This document shows positions 1-12,816 of a stretch of DNA of 64,000 nucleotides, one piece after another (positions within the stretch are counted from its first letter, which is position 1; every line of letters starts with the position of its first letter). The position numbers and the translations under genes are program-made. The notes under the pieces were generated by a model. It searched no databases, was not told the DNA's origin, and worked only from the letters and a program-made list of their open reading frames with translations. Source of the DNA: Tubiluchus corallicola (Eukaryota > Animalia > Priapulida); contig JAQGDQ010000129.1 in assembly GCA_030141605.1 (NCBI GenBank), forward strand, positions 318,781 to 382,780, in the 5' to 3' direction.

Positions 1-64
1 CATTTCTACATACAGCACATTACATGATTAAACACACTCCTGACGGTACTGTAGGTTAACATAA

Positions 65-92
65 TGACGTCACGCTCGTCTTCTACACCAAT
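65..92. promoter_or_regulatory. CRE palindrome (TGACGTCA, 65-72) plus CCAAT box (88-92); possible promoter of a gene outside the window
   Basis: Motifs read directly; no associated exon identified in the window. Confidence 0.3.
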
Positions 93-308
93 CAAGCGTA
101 TTGTTTACACTTCAGTGGAATTTCGGCGGCAACGTCAAAATAAATAATTAGTTTTTAGGAAAATCAGACCCTCATGATTTCATTGTGCTGCAACTTTGCA
201 AGCGCTTTTTCTTTGATTTTTTATTAAACTTTAAGTCTAAAAGCAATTTACACTCCCGATATCTATGCTAAACGGATCGAAGCGTTCAGATCATATTTCA
301 ACAATTAT

Positions 309-553
309 TTTATTAGCGCAGACGATCGTTTCGACACCAACTGCCATAAATCAAGCTGTAAATAGTTCAATGCTATAAATCAAGCCAAAACAATTAATAC
401 AATTATGACACTACTAACCAAGGCATACAATAAATTATATACAATTGTCTGCCTTGGTTAGCAGTGTCATAATTGTACTAACTAATTGTTTTGGCTTGAT
501 TTTTTGCATTGAAAATGACAGTTGCTGTTGAAACGATCGCCAGCGTAAATAAA
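309..553. mobile_element. Foldback/MITE-like long imperfect palindrome
   Basis: Left arm 309-431 (tttattagcgcagacgatcgtttcgacaccaactg...tgacactactaaccaaggcatacaat) matches the reverse complement of 444-553; ~12-nt AT loop. Confidence 0.75.
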
Positions 554-2447
554 CAACATGTTAATTCCTAGAGGTAGGATTTTTCATGCATATAACATTT
601 CAGTTCAATAATAAGTTTACCAGCAGCGTAGATGACGAAAGTAGCTATAACAAAAATCACGGCTATAAACTGCATAATGTAGTACGTGTACATAACTACA
701 ATCAATTATATACAGTCAGCGTTGTGAACTAATTATGCGTTAATTCTTTTAATACAATAATAAATCTCTTCGGAGTTTTGCTTTAATGAAAATTTTCTGC
801 AATCTAGCTAGGTTTTTGATTTTGTACAAAATAATAATTATAATTGTATAAAAATTCGTTATTACAATTTGTATTATATCCAATGTTATTCATTGAGCAC
901 TAATTGTACTTGATTAGCATATATAAGTCACCTTTTACTCTCTCGTTAAGTTTCTTTAATCTCCTAACTAAGTCCTCATAATGCCTAATTACCGAGTACT
1001 ATAAGAAATATGACTTTGTGACAAACACGTTGGTTAATTTATCAATTCAGTAACCTGGCCTTAGTTTCCACATAATTTGTTTTTTTTAAATGGAACACTA
1101 GCTGATGCTTACATTGCGCCTACCAATAATGTCCTCAGGTGCATAATTTTTTTGTAAAAAAAACTTTAATTAAACTGAAAGTGACTACTACTAAAGTAAC
1201 TAGGCCTATGTGCTCACAGAAATGTGAGAAATATTTCCGATATAAGACTCAACCACAGCAGATGGCTCATTGCAGCTGTATATATGTTATAATTTATAAC
1301 TTGTATATATATGAGATACAATGATATAATATATATTAATACTAAACAATGAGTAAGCTAAAAACATCAATATGTAGCATCCTGTACATGCAAATACTAA
1401 AAAGCGTTCGTTGAGCCATTTCAAGATTTATCAGATATGAGGCGTTGAACCTAAAGGGGGTGAGCCGTTTGAGCCATAATATTTGGATGCTTATACATCC
1501 TCTGTCAACGTAGTAAATAACTGAGGGGAGATGAAACCATCCAGAAAGCCATGGGATGCACGGGCACACATCCATTTATCAAATAGGTCTGGACATTGCT
1601 CTGGCCTCGGAAGTGGCTTGTCAATGTCGTGCAGCGCCTTTCGCATTAATTGTAATAAAAATGTTCTGAAAATGTTTGTCTCGCGCATTCTATACGACAG
1701 GTTACTCTAATAAGCTGGTGCTGCCATCTACAAAAAATATGGTTAAACTGTGTTAAAGGGACCAGGCTAGATAGACTTATGATATGTTACAAATGCTGTG
1801 GACTGAAAGAATTTATTTTGAGTACAAGTCATCATACCAGGAGCTAATACACACGTGGGTTTATTATTAAAGCCTAGCTGTAGCATTTAATAAAACGAGG
1901 AAAAATACATCTAATACGTTTCTGTATGTTACGTTCCAAAGTTGTGTGATTTTGGCTAATGGTTTATAGTTCCGTGTGTTTTCCCTTGTGTTTTTATTAA
2001 CTGTGGTTTTGTGTTGTTTCCATGCGTTTGTATCCAATTTAGTGTGATATTTTGTGTTTATAATTTAAAATAACTTCCCGGAGAATTAGTAATTTTATTT
2101 GATCTTTTTTTTGCGTTTTTCTCTCAGCTGAAGATAAAGTAAAGCAGCAGTTTGAAACGTCGTATTTTTCCTTATTTTTTAATTGCGAGTTTTTTAATTA
2201 TTTTTCTCTGCTTTGTCCTTAAGAATTAAGTTTGCGTTATCTTATCAATGTTTATGACAATCTTTGATACGAAGATCTATGTACTAATAGTCGAAATGTT
2301 CGAATAAATCTTTTTTATAATTTCACGCATTTAGCGGCGGCATTTTAATAGTTATCGGCTTATTACTCAGTGCATTATAACCGTGTTGCCATCACTACAA
2401 CGTGTCGCCATGGTTAATTGCAGATACTGTTGTCATGTCGCCTAATT

Positions 2448-2523
2448 ATGAGTGCTGACAGCGTTACCGCCGAAAAAAGTAACTTCTGGGCTCTAGAAAT
2501 AGCCTGGGACATTGCGAAAAAAG
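2448..2523 (+). CDS. GYS: Glycogen synthase exon 1
   Basis: [25 protein letters not shown]; in-frame stop upstream at 2415; donor GT at 2524. Confidence 0.8.
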
Positions 2524-5500
2524 GTATATTTCAGTTCTTTAGAGTTGTTGAACTGTGGTATCCTGAGCTGTGACATAGTGTTCACGTGCCTTTGCTAACG
2601 ACCAGACTGCTCCACAGTCTAAAACAGGGTCTAAGCCGGGTGGCACGTTGTACCGTTAATGGAGGGAAAAGCTTAGTGTAACACTTGTCTAAGTTTGACA
2701 GTACTCCCCAGTAGTCAAGAGTTTCTGTCTCACCATGTCAATAAAATGGATGACACTTCAACTCATGCGGAACTATTTATAGATAATTACGCCAAATGCA
2801 AAGCACATGGAAAAACTCCGTCTCAACTAATCGACTTTATCGAGTGTTATAAAACAGCTATCAAAATAAGCGACTTTAGATTGTCTGTTTGTGCGTTGAC
2901 ATATGAAATGAGTTTAAATTTAAACCCATCCCTGCGCCAATCGTTTAAATTTTATTTAGTTTTGATCTTGTGATATTGATCTTTTGAACCAAAAGCAACC
3001 GGTTTGCTCAGACCTGTGTCTGCTTCGAATTTGGAGATTATAGCTTATGAATCCGTTCTGATTTTGTTTGTGCACAGAATCTGCAGACAGACGCAGACGT
3101 GATCTTATGCATATTCAAAATGTTGTATAGCTATTGCACATGAATCCACATGCAGACAGATTAGCCATACGATTGGCACAGCTTAATATTTTGTAAACAC
3201 ATATACAATCATAGCAAGTACGCACAAATTAGCGAAACTTTTTTGACATTGCACATTCGCTAGTAAAGTCTACACATCACAGTTGTTACGTCTATAATGT
3301 TTTTACCACTTTTGGTTTTATTTGTACGGAGTTTTGCGGACGATTCATTTGCGGATTTACCTAATATTCAGAAAGCGTGAACTTTCTGGCAATATTTCCT
3401 GGCTAGCTATAGCCTAGATTTGAAACTGTTTGTTTTTCTGGTAATGGGTCTAAACTGTAGTACCTCTTTTTCAGCGGGCGGTATCTATAATGGCATTCGT
3501 ACAAAGGCGGCGGCGACGGTGGATGAACTTGGCAACCGCTATGTCTGCGTAGCTCCATACAGTGAAGGTGCTGTTGAAAATGGTGATGTTCAACTGCAAG
3601 AACCTGACGCTGCTCTCGATGCATGTCTGTCTGATCTCCAAATCCTGGGAATCGAGGTAAAAACGATGAATAAATCGGTAGATTATCACAAAATACGGGT
3701 AAACCACAGGTTGAGATGACGCTTAAAATGCATCTTAATACTATATTTAACACTTGAATTAATCCAATCATCACAATAAATTTATTTCAGTTAAATATGT
3801 GCATGACCTTATTGATTCAAGAAAGCACGTTCTCTATTCGCACATTCGATTCCTGGAATGTTTTATCAATTAATATCGTTTCCGTGTACCGGTTTAGCTT
3901 CATAAATAAAATGAGATTTTAATTCTCATTTATTGTATTTACTTTTTGGGTGGCTCTTTCTTTGTTTGCTTGTGTATTCATACATGAAACACACACATAC
4001 TTTACGAGCTTCCCTTTTATAAAAGTTATAAATAAATAATTTTTGACTTTATATAATTTAAATTTACGTTAAAATGCCTTTCAGCACAGTTTTTTAAATG
4101 TAAGGTAACTAATATATTGACGCTGAAATACGCCATTAATGAAAGAGAATCTAGCTTTTTAAAAAAGAATATGGTAATATTTTCATGGTAAAGAATGGTA
4201 AAAAGCTCTTCCCATTGTGATTTGAGCAAAAGACTCAGTATAAGTTAATATAATCCGATAACATGCAAAAGTCCCATTGAGTCTCCAACCCCCAATATTT
4301 TTGATATTGCAAATGGCTAACAGTTACATGCTTCTCACATGACTTAATAACTTTCGTATTTGCAAATTAATAATTTTAGTCACAAACTTTTCCTGTGGTG
4401 TTTATGATGTGATGTTGATAGTGTTTGTATGGCCGCTGGATGGTGGAAGGCTACCCTCAAATTGTACTCATCGATTTGGAAAGTGTAGCCAGGTATGCTG
4501 ACGAAGGCCGTGCAGAACTGTGGAATATTGCACAAATCAACATACCAGAACATGACGGGGTAGCAAGTGGGGCAATGCTCTTCGGCTATGCCGTGGCATC
4601 ACTGATTGGAGAGGTAGTATGTTCTACTGTAATTAATTTTGTAGACTATTAACGATGGATGCCATTATATTATATAAAACCTCATCATTGCACGAGGCCA
4701 AGGCATATGAGACTGCCAAAATTCACGTAATGGATGTTTGTACTTCCTCAGCAACCTATTTATAACAGGCTCCAAGAAATTACGAGATCAGGTTATCTTT
4801 TTGGACAGGGAATCTTAATTTAAGCACTGCTTTTTCGGATGTTATTGAAAATCGAAACCATATAAAATACAACATGCTCTAGACGCATAATGAAGTGACG
4901 AAATCAAAAGATAGTTGTTTAAAGTTTAAGAAATCAAATTTCAAGTTGAATGGTAAACTATGGGTGGGCACTTTTGGAAAATTGACATCCGTACACTACA
5001 TACATTTCATGTGTTAACTATATTACATAAATTTGCTAAGAACAATTTTCTGCTTTGTTATTCATTTTGACGCTCTGGAAGCCAATATTTAACTGCAGAC
5101 CTTATGAATGCAAATAATTTCTGACAGGACCGACATCTAGCTCATTATTATGGATAAACCTCTAACAAGAAACAGCAAATCAGGAATGGTATCTTGAGCT
5201 TCATTTGGATGCGAGCGCATCCTTAAATGTGTAACGGACATAAACATACTAAAATAAAAATAATATACATGGCACAAATCATGAATGACACAAAAGTATT
5301 GATACTGACGTCGTTTTATTTATTTATTTTTTATAATTTCAGTTGTTGTTGTTTTTGCAGCTCCAAGACGTCTGTCAGCAAGACGGTTTATCAGATTCTC
5401 AAATAACAGCACAGTTTCACGAATGGCAGTCTAGTATTGGACTCATATTGTGCCACGGTCGCAGGTACAATGTAGCCACAATCTTCACGACGCACGCCAC

Positions 5501-8500
5501 ACAGCTTGGCCGCCACTTATGCGGAGCTGAGAGCAATTTTTACAACGAGCTGGGTCAGGTAAATGCATTGGGGGAGTAACTTATTTAGTTCCATGGTACC
5601 AGAAAATAGCAATATGATTTATAACATTTCTTTAGATTATTTGTGTAGCAGAAAATCAGAGTGCTTGATTCATAGGTAGATAAAACGTGCGATCATAGGA
5701 TGGGTACTGTTTGTAAAGCTACATGGGCCAAGTCACTCGAGTGCTAGTTCCACGTAAATCCCTTCAACCTGTTTTGTGGGACTGTTTGTACCGAAAATGA
5801 CCTATTAAACACAAATAATATTTCCTTACTTAGAGGCTTGTGGACTTATTATTAGATGATGCAGTCAAACGTAGACAAGGAGATGGGTGATCGTGGTATC
5901 TATCATACTTACTGCATGGAAAGGTCAGCAGCAGCATTATGCGACAAGTTTACCACAGTTAGTGCTGTGTTGGGCAATGAGACAACTCACGTCCTTCTGC
6001 GGTCACCAGGTAACAGTCTTGCACTTGCAATGAAACATTGATGATTGTGACATACATTTATGTGTGACATTAAAATATTTTGCATTAGAAATAATTTTGG
6101 CAGTGCAGTTGTTCTCATTATATCATTGCCATTGTTGTTATTGTCTTACAATATCAAATAATTATTGCGTTTCTTTTACTTTTATGGTTTTTTCAGATGC
6201 AATCTTGCCCAATGGACTCGATGTCCAGTACTATGCTGACAAAAACTACCACAACTTTCTTCATGAGCTCTACAAGGAAAGAATTCATGAGTTTGTCAGA
6301 GGACATTTTATTGGGTACGTTTTTGTTAAATTAATCTGGTTATAGACGACCAAAAATATCACTAATAAAAATGAAGTGTCTTACGTTTGAAAACCATGCA
6401 GCGAAATCCTAGCTCAAACAGTACACGCATTTTTAAGTGAGATAGAACTCTGCTGCTTTTCAAGAATGGACTCAGGAATAAATACAAGCCTCTGACGAAT
6501 AAAGCTGCGAATGAAGCGACATGTCAGTATCATCCTGAGCTTCTCCATCTTGGTAGATTCCTGACAGAGCTGCATTCTTTTTTATCTATAACTGGTTGGT
6601 TATTAGTTTAGGCTACCCACTTTTTCAAATGTGTTAACCATTTTCGCTTCTTCTTTTTCTTTTATTTAAAAGCTCTCATTCACTCATTCCGTGCTCCGTT
6701 TCCGCAGGCTTAGAACTTTTTGGTGTAGTAAGAATTACTTCGTTTTATCAAAAAAAAAAATAAAATGTTTAATTATCGTAAATCCGTTGACATATTTTGT
6801 TACAGGTATTTGGATTTCGACCTAGATAAAACCTTGTATTTCGTAAATGCTGGTCGATATGAATTTTGCAATAAAGGAGTCGACCTTTACATTGAAGCAC
6901 TAGCAAGACTTAATTACCACTTGAAGGTGATATACGTTATATGTTATATGCTTTATAGGTTTAACAGACATTTTTTATACAATTTGGCACATTGCAAGTC
7001 GGAATTTAGCACTCAGCTACCACTCATCATTGATCTTGACCGGCGTCTAGTTCATTGTCAACGTTAAGAATCTGCGATGAGCCACTGAACCACCAGAGGT
7101 GTCTTTTTCGCTACATTTGGATATACATTCAACGTACACCCTCGCTCGACGAAGAAATGTCGAATGAGACCGTCCAGAGTCAGTATTGAAGGGAGTCACA
7201 TATCCACTCACTGATCACCATCAGCCTTGTTTAATTTCGGCAACGGCATACACCTAGTTTTAGCATAAGCATAGTTTATTTGGTTCAGGTTAGACAGTTT
7301 TTAAAATTAATACATGAATCCCCATGATGATAACTGATTATTTTTAGTTTTGATTCTTTTGTACCACTACTAAACAAAACTACATTTTTCAAATTTTTAT
7401 TTACAAATTTTCTTCAGTCTTTCCCATGGAAAGCTTTCTTTTCGTTTCAGTTTGCTAACAGTGACATTACAATTATTGCCTTCTTCGTTTTTCCCACCAA
7501 AACACACAATTATAACGTGAAAACGTTGCACAATCACTGGATCTACACTCGATTAAAAGATCTTGTTTCTGGATCGACCGATATAGTGCGGTTTAGGACG
7601 CTGGAGAGTCTGCTGAGGTAATTCTGTGATAATCTTGACCACTGAATGGTTTCGTAAAATGCCCGAAGTGAAGCTAAGCTAATTAGGTACGCATGAGTAT
7701 ACAGGATTGTAATGAATCTTGGAAAACAGTTCTATAGAGATTTGAAACTCACTGATTCGTGTTGAATTTGAGTTGAAATGAAAATTGAAAATAGAAATAG
7801 TCCAGTCCATTTTACAGTGCTGTTTTACTGTACTTACTTTGCATAGCAATTCCTTTTTAATGAAGAGGCCGTCAAGGTGAACAGACAAATTAGTTGTGAA
7901 GCGGTGGAACCGGTGACAGTATTGACGGCAGTGGTGATAAGAAGTGTGTTGGTGGGAGGGCGGTGGCGGCAGCGGCTAGTATTATGGAATGATTTTAAGG
8001 CGTATATTAGGTAGCGCAAAAACATACCGAAGTTTTGGTCGCGATATTATAAGGTAAAATAACGAGAGCACTTGAAAAGTGCCACATTGACGTTACATAT
8101 GCTTATGTATAAACACGAAAAATTCCATGTCATTTTTTTAGACTTTTCCAAAGATACAGAAGCATTAAAACAAAAAGTCAAAAAATAAATGCCGGAAAAA
8201 ATGTTTGTCACTATTGTTAACATTTTTGGCATGTGCTCTATTTATGTCTACTGTTTTCACCGCAAACTGGACTAAGGCATTTCTTCCAACAGTTGACACA
8301 GTTTCTCACTTCTTTAAAGGATAGTTGGTCCCAGGGCTCAACAGTTTTGGACTTTAGTTCCTCTGTACCAAACGGCGTCAAACGTGCCTTATATTTATGG
8401 TGGAGACCATGATGTAAACTAGATGATTTCTAAATAGTTTTGCTGCTATGTACTGTGTGCTTTATTTGCCAATTTGGTTGCTCTTCAGTTAATGATTAGC

Positions 8501-11500
8501 TGACATTGTTTCGGCATTTACTTTTTAACACTCAGAAGTATTTTGACCATAACTAAAAATTACTAAAATTACAAACTTGTAACTTTCACAGCCGAAAGTC
8601 AATGCAGCATCACAATGAGAATTTTCAACTTTATAGAGCGCGTATTTGCTTCTAATATTATTGGAGTCTAAATTTCGGCACGTTTTTCCTACCACACCAT
8701 ATCGGAACCGTACAAGAAGTCTTGAGCTACATTTACAACAGTTTTATGGAGTTGGTCTATGATATTAGAACATAAATACGAGAGTATTTAACATTCTAGC
8801 GGGCGTAATTTTACTGATGCAATTGTTTCACCGAATGAATACCATGGTATCCAAGAATGCTTGGCCGAACTAAACAACAGCGCCATGTTTCCTCCTATAA
8901 CTACTCACAACATGGATGATGATGGTGGTGATGAAATCCTGGTCAACCTTCGACGTTGTAAACTATTCAACGCCCCAAGCGACAGAGTCAAAGTAAGTCA
9001 CATAATTGTGCAACTGCTGGCTTGAAGCATCACTATAGTTTCGCTTTTAGTTTGAATCTAAAACTGCTTTCACAAGTCATCTGGTTAAAAACAAATGTTT
9101 AAATGACAATCTTTGTGAATGAAAATGGCGTATTGAAAACTGACCAGAAAACCTCTTTCTGTGTCGTCATTTTCATTGACCACTAACCGCCAGAATACTG
9201 GTTCTGGTTTCGAATTTCAGTAGGCAACAAATTTCCAGGTTTTCTAATTTAATCTGGTTCTAGTCATATAGTCATAATTCTAAATAGATCACCTAACTAT
9301 TATTTTATCTGATCATTCTATAAAGCGACTTGGTGTTGAAATATCTAGATAAATCTTAATAATAGAATCACTATCCAGTGACAAACAACAAGGCTTTTTG
9401 AAGGATGTCATTTTTACCAGTGCAAATGAACTTGCTAAGAAGCGGAAGCAGTTTCAAAGTGTAATGATTATGACTACACAAAATACTTCAAACAGTACAG
9501 AATTTGTTAGAGAAAATTTTTGACGCCAACATTCAGAATAGCAAAGTGGTAAAAACCTTTCAGCTATTTATGACGTGTATAATCATCTTCATCCTATAAT
9601 GAGCGCGTTACACCCTGTTTAATTGTTATAGGTAATTTTCCACCCAGCGTACCTTCATCAAGGAACAATCATTGGTTTAAACTATGACAACTTTCTTTTT
9701 GGCTGTCACTTAGGTGTTTTTCCATCGTACTACGAACCTTGGGGATACACACCAGGTAATTTCTTCATTTCTTAGTCTGACCTAAAATATTTGATGTTTT
9801 GATTTCTTGTGTGATGTTTTTCATGTTTTTGTCAATGAATCGCAGTTTAAGTTTAAATTTGTTTATTTCAGTTAACTAATAACTACATACAATTCTAGAC
9901 GAAATTAAGGCTGTATTGAAATAATAAAAAGTATTCATTTACAAAGAGATAAAAGTAAGAAATGTGTGAATTACATGAATGCAACATGATTAAATTATCA
10001 TTCGTATTGTGAAGAAAAAAGATATATACTTACGTATTAACTAACAACTATGAGCAAAGGCAAAGACTCGCTTGATGACAACAAGCCGAATACTTAAATT
10101 AATATATGAAATAATAAATATATATAAGAATAGTAAACATAATTAATTCCGATTATGAAACTTAACTATAACGACTTCATGGACCCACCAAACAACAACA
10201 TGGGTAACTTGATATTGCCCATTATCAAGCAGGAAATATTTTAAATAATCATCTACGCAAAATTAACCAATGGGCTAAACAATGGTTGGTAAACTTCAAT
10301 ATCCAGAAAACTGGGTTACTGATAATATCTAACAGACGATCTATATTCTCGCTGCCACCTATATTCTTAGACAATGTACCCATCGAAATATTTAACTCAG
10401 ATAAGTGTCTTGGTTTAACCTTTACTTTTGATGCTCACTGGTCGCTGATGCAAAGTGATTCTCACAACTCAGCTTCTAAATCCAAGTTCCCGCTTAGCAT
10501 TGACGTGGCTTCAAAACATAGTAGATAGAAAAACACTCTTAATTATAATTAAACTGTATATTCCCGTACTTGATATGCTTGTGAAGTGTGGGACAACTGC
10601 ACGCTCGCTCAGGCTAGTGATTAATACGCATAATTACTGATGCTATACGTGTCACAGAGATCAAGTTTTATACGAAGAAATTGGCTTGCTTCTCTTACAT
10701 GTTTCGTCGTAAGCTAAAATAATGTCATGTACAATATAACAAATAACATGAGCTCACCATATTCTGAATTACATACATAATTTGCTTCCTCTAAAAGTTT
10801 CTGAGATTGTTCCCCATAGGAACTTGTGAAATGCTGCTCACTTTTCTGTGCTCTGCACCTGTCCAGGACAACACTTTACCACAATTCGTTCACCGTGTGC
10901 GCCACATAAGAATGGAATCAGTTATGTGAAGATACAAAAATTCCCAATCCAATACTAATTTCAAAAATAAACTTCGCCCATTATGATGAATTTAAAGTTC
11001 AGAAATCACCCTTTTACCATTATATCTGGGAAACTCTTAGACAAATTCATCTTGTTCGAATGAGGATGAGTTGCAGTCTTTTGTTACTTCATATCTATTA
11101 AAATTCTATAACAGATACTTATAACCAATTTATAATCTAATAAATAATGACATCAATATTTTTCTGTATGGCAAACATCTCTTTATTTGCAGTTCAATCA
11201 AATTGTTACCACTGCTATAATTGATCTTATGATTAATAATTATAAACGTTTCACTATATAAGCTGTCAGTTCATTCCTTCTCGCTTAGTGTACATGATTA
11301 TGGTCTTATTAAGCCTACCTTAATGTTTCAGTTACTACCCTCTCTTCTTATTGTACCCCAAACCAGATTAATCATGTCATCGGGCTTAATTTTCTCACGC
11401 TATTTCACCCCCACTCCTTCCAAAAGGACTTCAGACCTTCATATCTGTAATTATTTTCTCTCCATTGTAGCTGTCTTTTTTTCTTTTACTAAAGCCTTTT

Positions 11501-12737
11501 TATTTGTTATTTGTTTTACTTTATTTGTTAAAAAGCTGGGGAAATTCAGTTATGAGGCAAAAAAAGATTCGCTATTGACATGCTTACAACCAGGCCGGTG
11601 TTGTGGTTGTGACGATTATGAAAATAGTGAAATGGAAATACTTGATACGAAGCAGTTAGGGATTCGAAATTTTTTAGATGAAAAGGTTGAGAGAAAGAAT
11701 ATGTACACGAAGAGCGTGTATATGTTAACAAATACGTGCTATATGTACGTGCTGCAGAAATTGGAGACATTTTGATTGTTCCAGATTGAATGAAAATCAT
11801 AAATTCAACTTCAAATTCAATCAACACCAACTTGTAATTGACCCTTAAATAATACACTATAATGCATATACATGTACAATGTATGCCATAACACCAAGGT
11901 ACCATTATAAGTATATTCAATTTTAAAATTCAATTTTAAGAATGGGGAGCGTGGGGAACGCCCAAATTATTATTACATACACCAAAAGAAGTGGCAACAG
12001 TCTTTCCATTATATCCGTCGTCAAAGATTCCTTTTCACTCATTTAGTGATTTTGTCAACTACTAATTTTTCTCCGAACCTTATCTGTTCATTTCCTGTTC
12101 TTTAACTTCTAGATACTCAACTGTTCTTCAATTTACAATTTTCAGCTGAATGTGTAGTTAAAGGATTGCCGTTAATTACGAGTAACCTGTCCGGATTTGG
12201 AAACTTTATGTCTGATCATGTGGGAAATCCGAAAGCATTTGGCATTTACATTGTAAATCGTACACACATCTCAGTTGAAGAATCAGTGCAGCAATTAGCC
12301 CAGGTGAGTGTCCCTCTGGCTTCATACATGAGAGCAAACCTGTTTAGATTTAAAGCTGTAATGTGTTGTAATATGCAAATAGTTTCTGGCCTTGCAGAAT
12401 TAGTACCTACATTTTTACAATTGACTACTCGTAAGACTATTTACAATAATTTAGAAGTAGTAAGCAAGTTAAAGCAACATGAAAGCCATTGTGACTGAGG
12501 CACGCAACGTATGTAAATCAAACAAACGCACGAAAATCTGAAGAAGCTGCTTTTCCACTGGAACTTCTACTTTCCGGGTAGCACCAATATGCTAACTAGA
12601 TAACTCCAACACGCACTAGTTTTAAATCAACCTGAATGCAACAAAAATCACCCAACTTTGTCCTATTCTCATCTAGTTATTTCTCATTTGACTTTTTTAA
12701 TCACCAATTTACACCAGTTGGTTTAGCTAAGTGCCAA

Positions 12738-12816
<79 letters not shown>

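Noticed and set aside
1491-1688. 65-aa minus-strand ORF containing LPRPEQCP, reminiscent of tyrosine-kinase subdomain XI
   Set aside because: Lacks the following CW/RP motif, has an in-frame stop between the nearby acceptor and the ATG, and no other kinase exons are visible.
11323-11920. 150-aa and 124-aa ORFs in GYS intron 10
   Set aside because: Low-complexity composition, no recognisable domain, not needed for the GYS frame.
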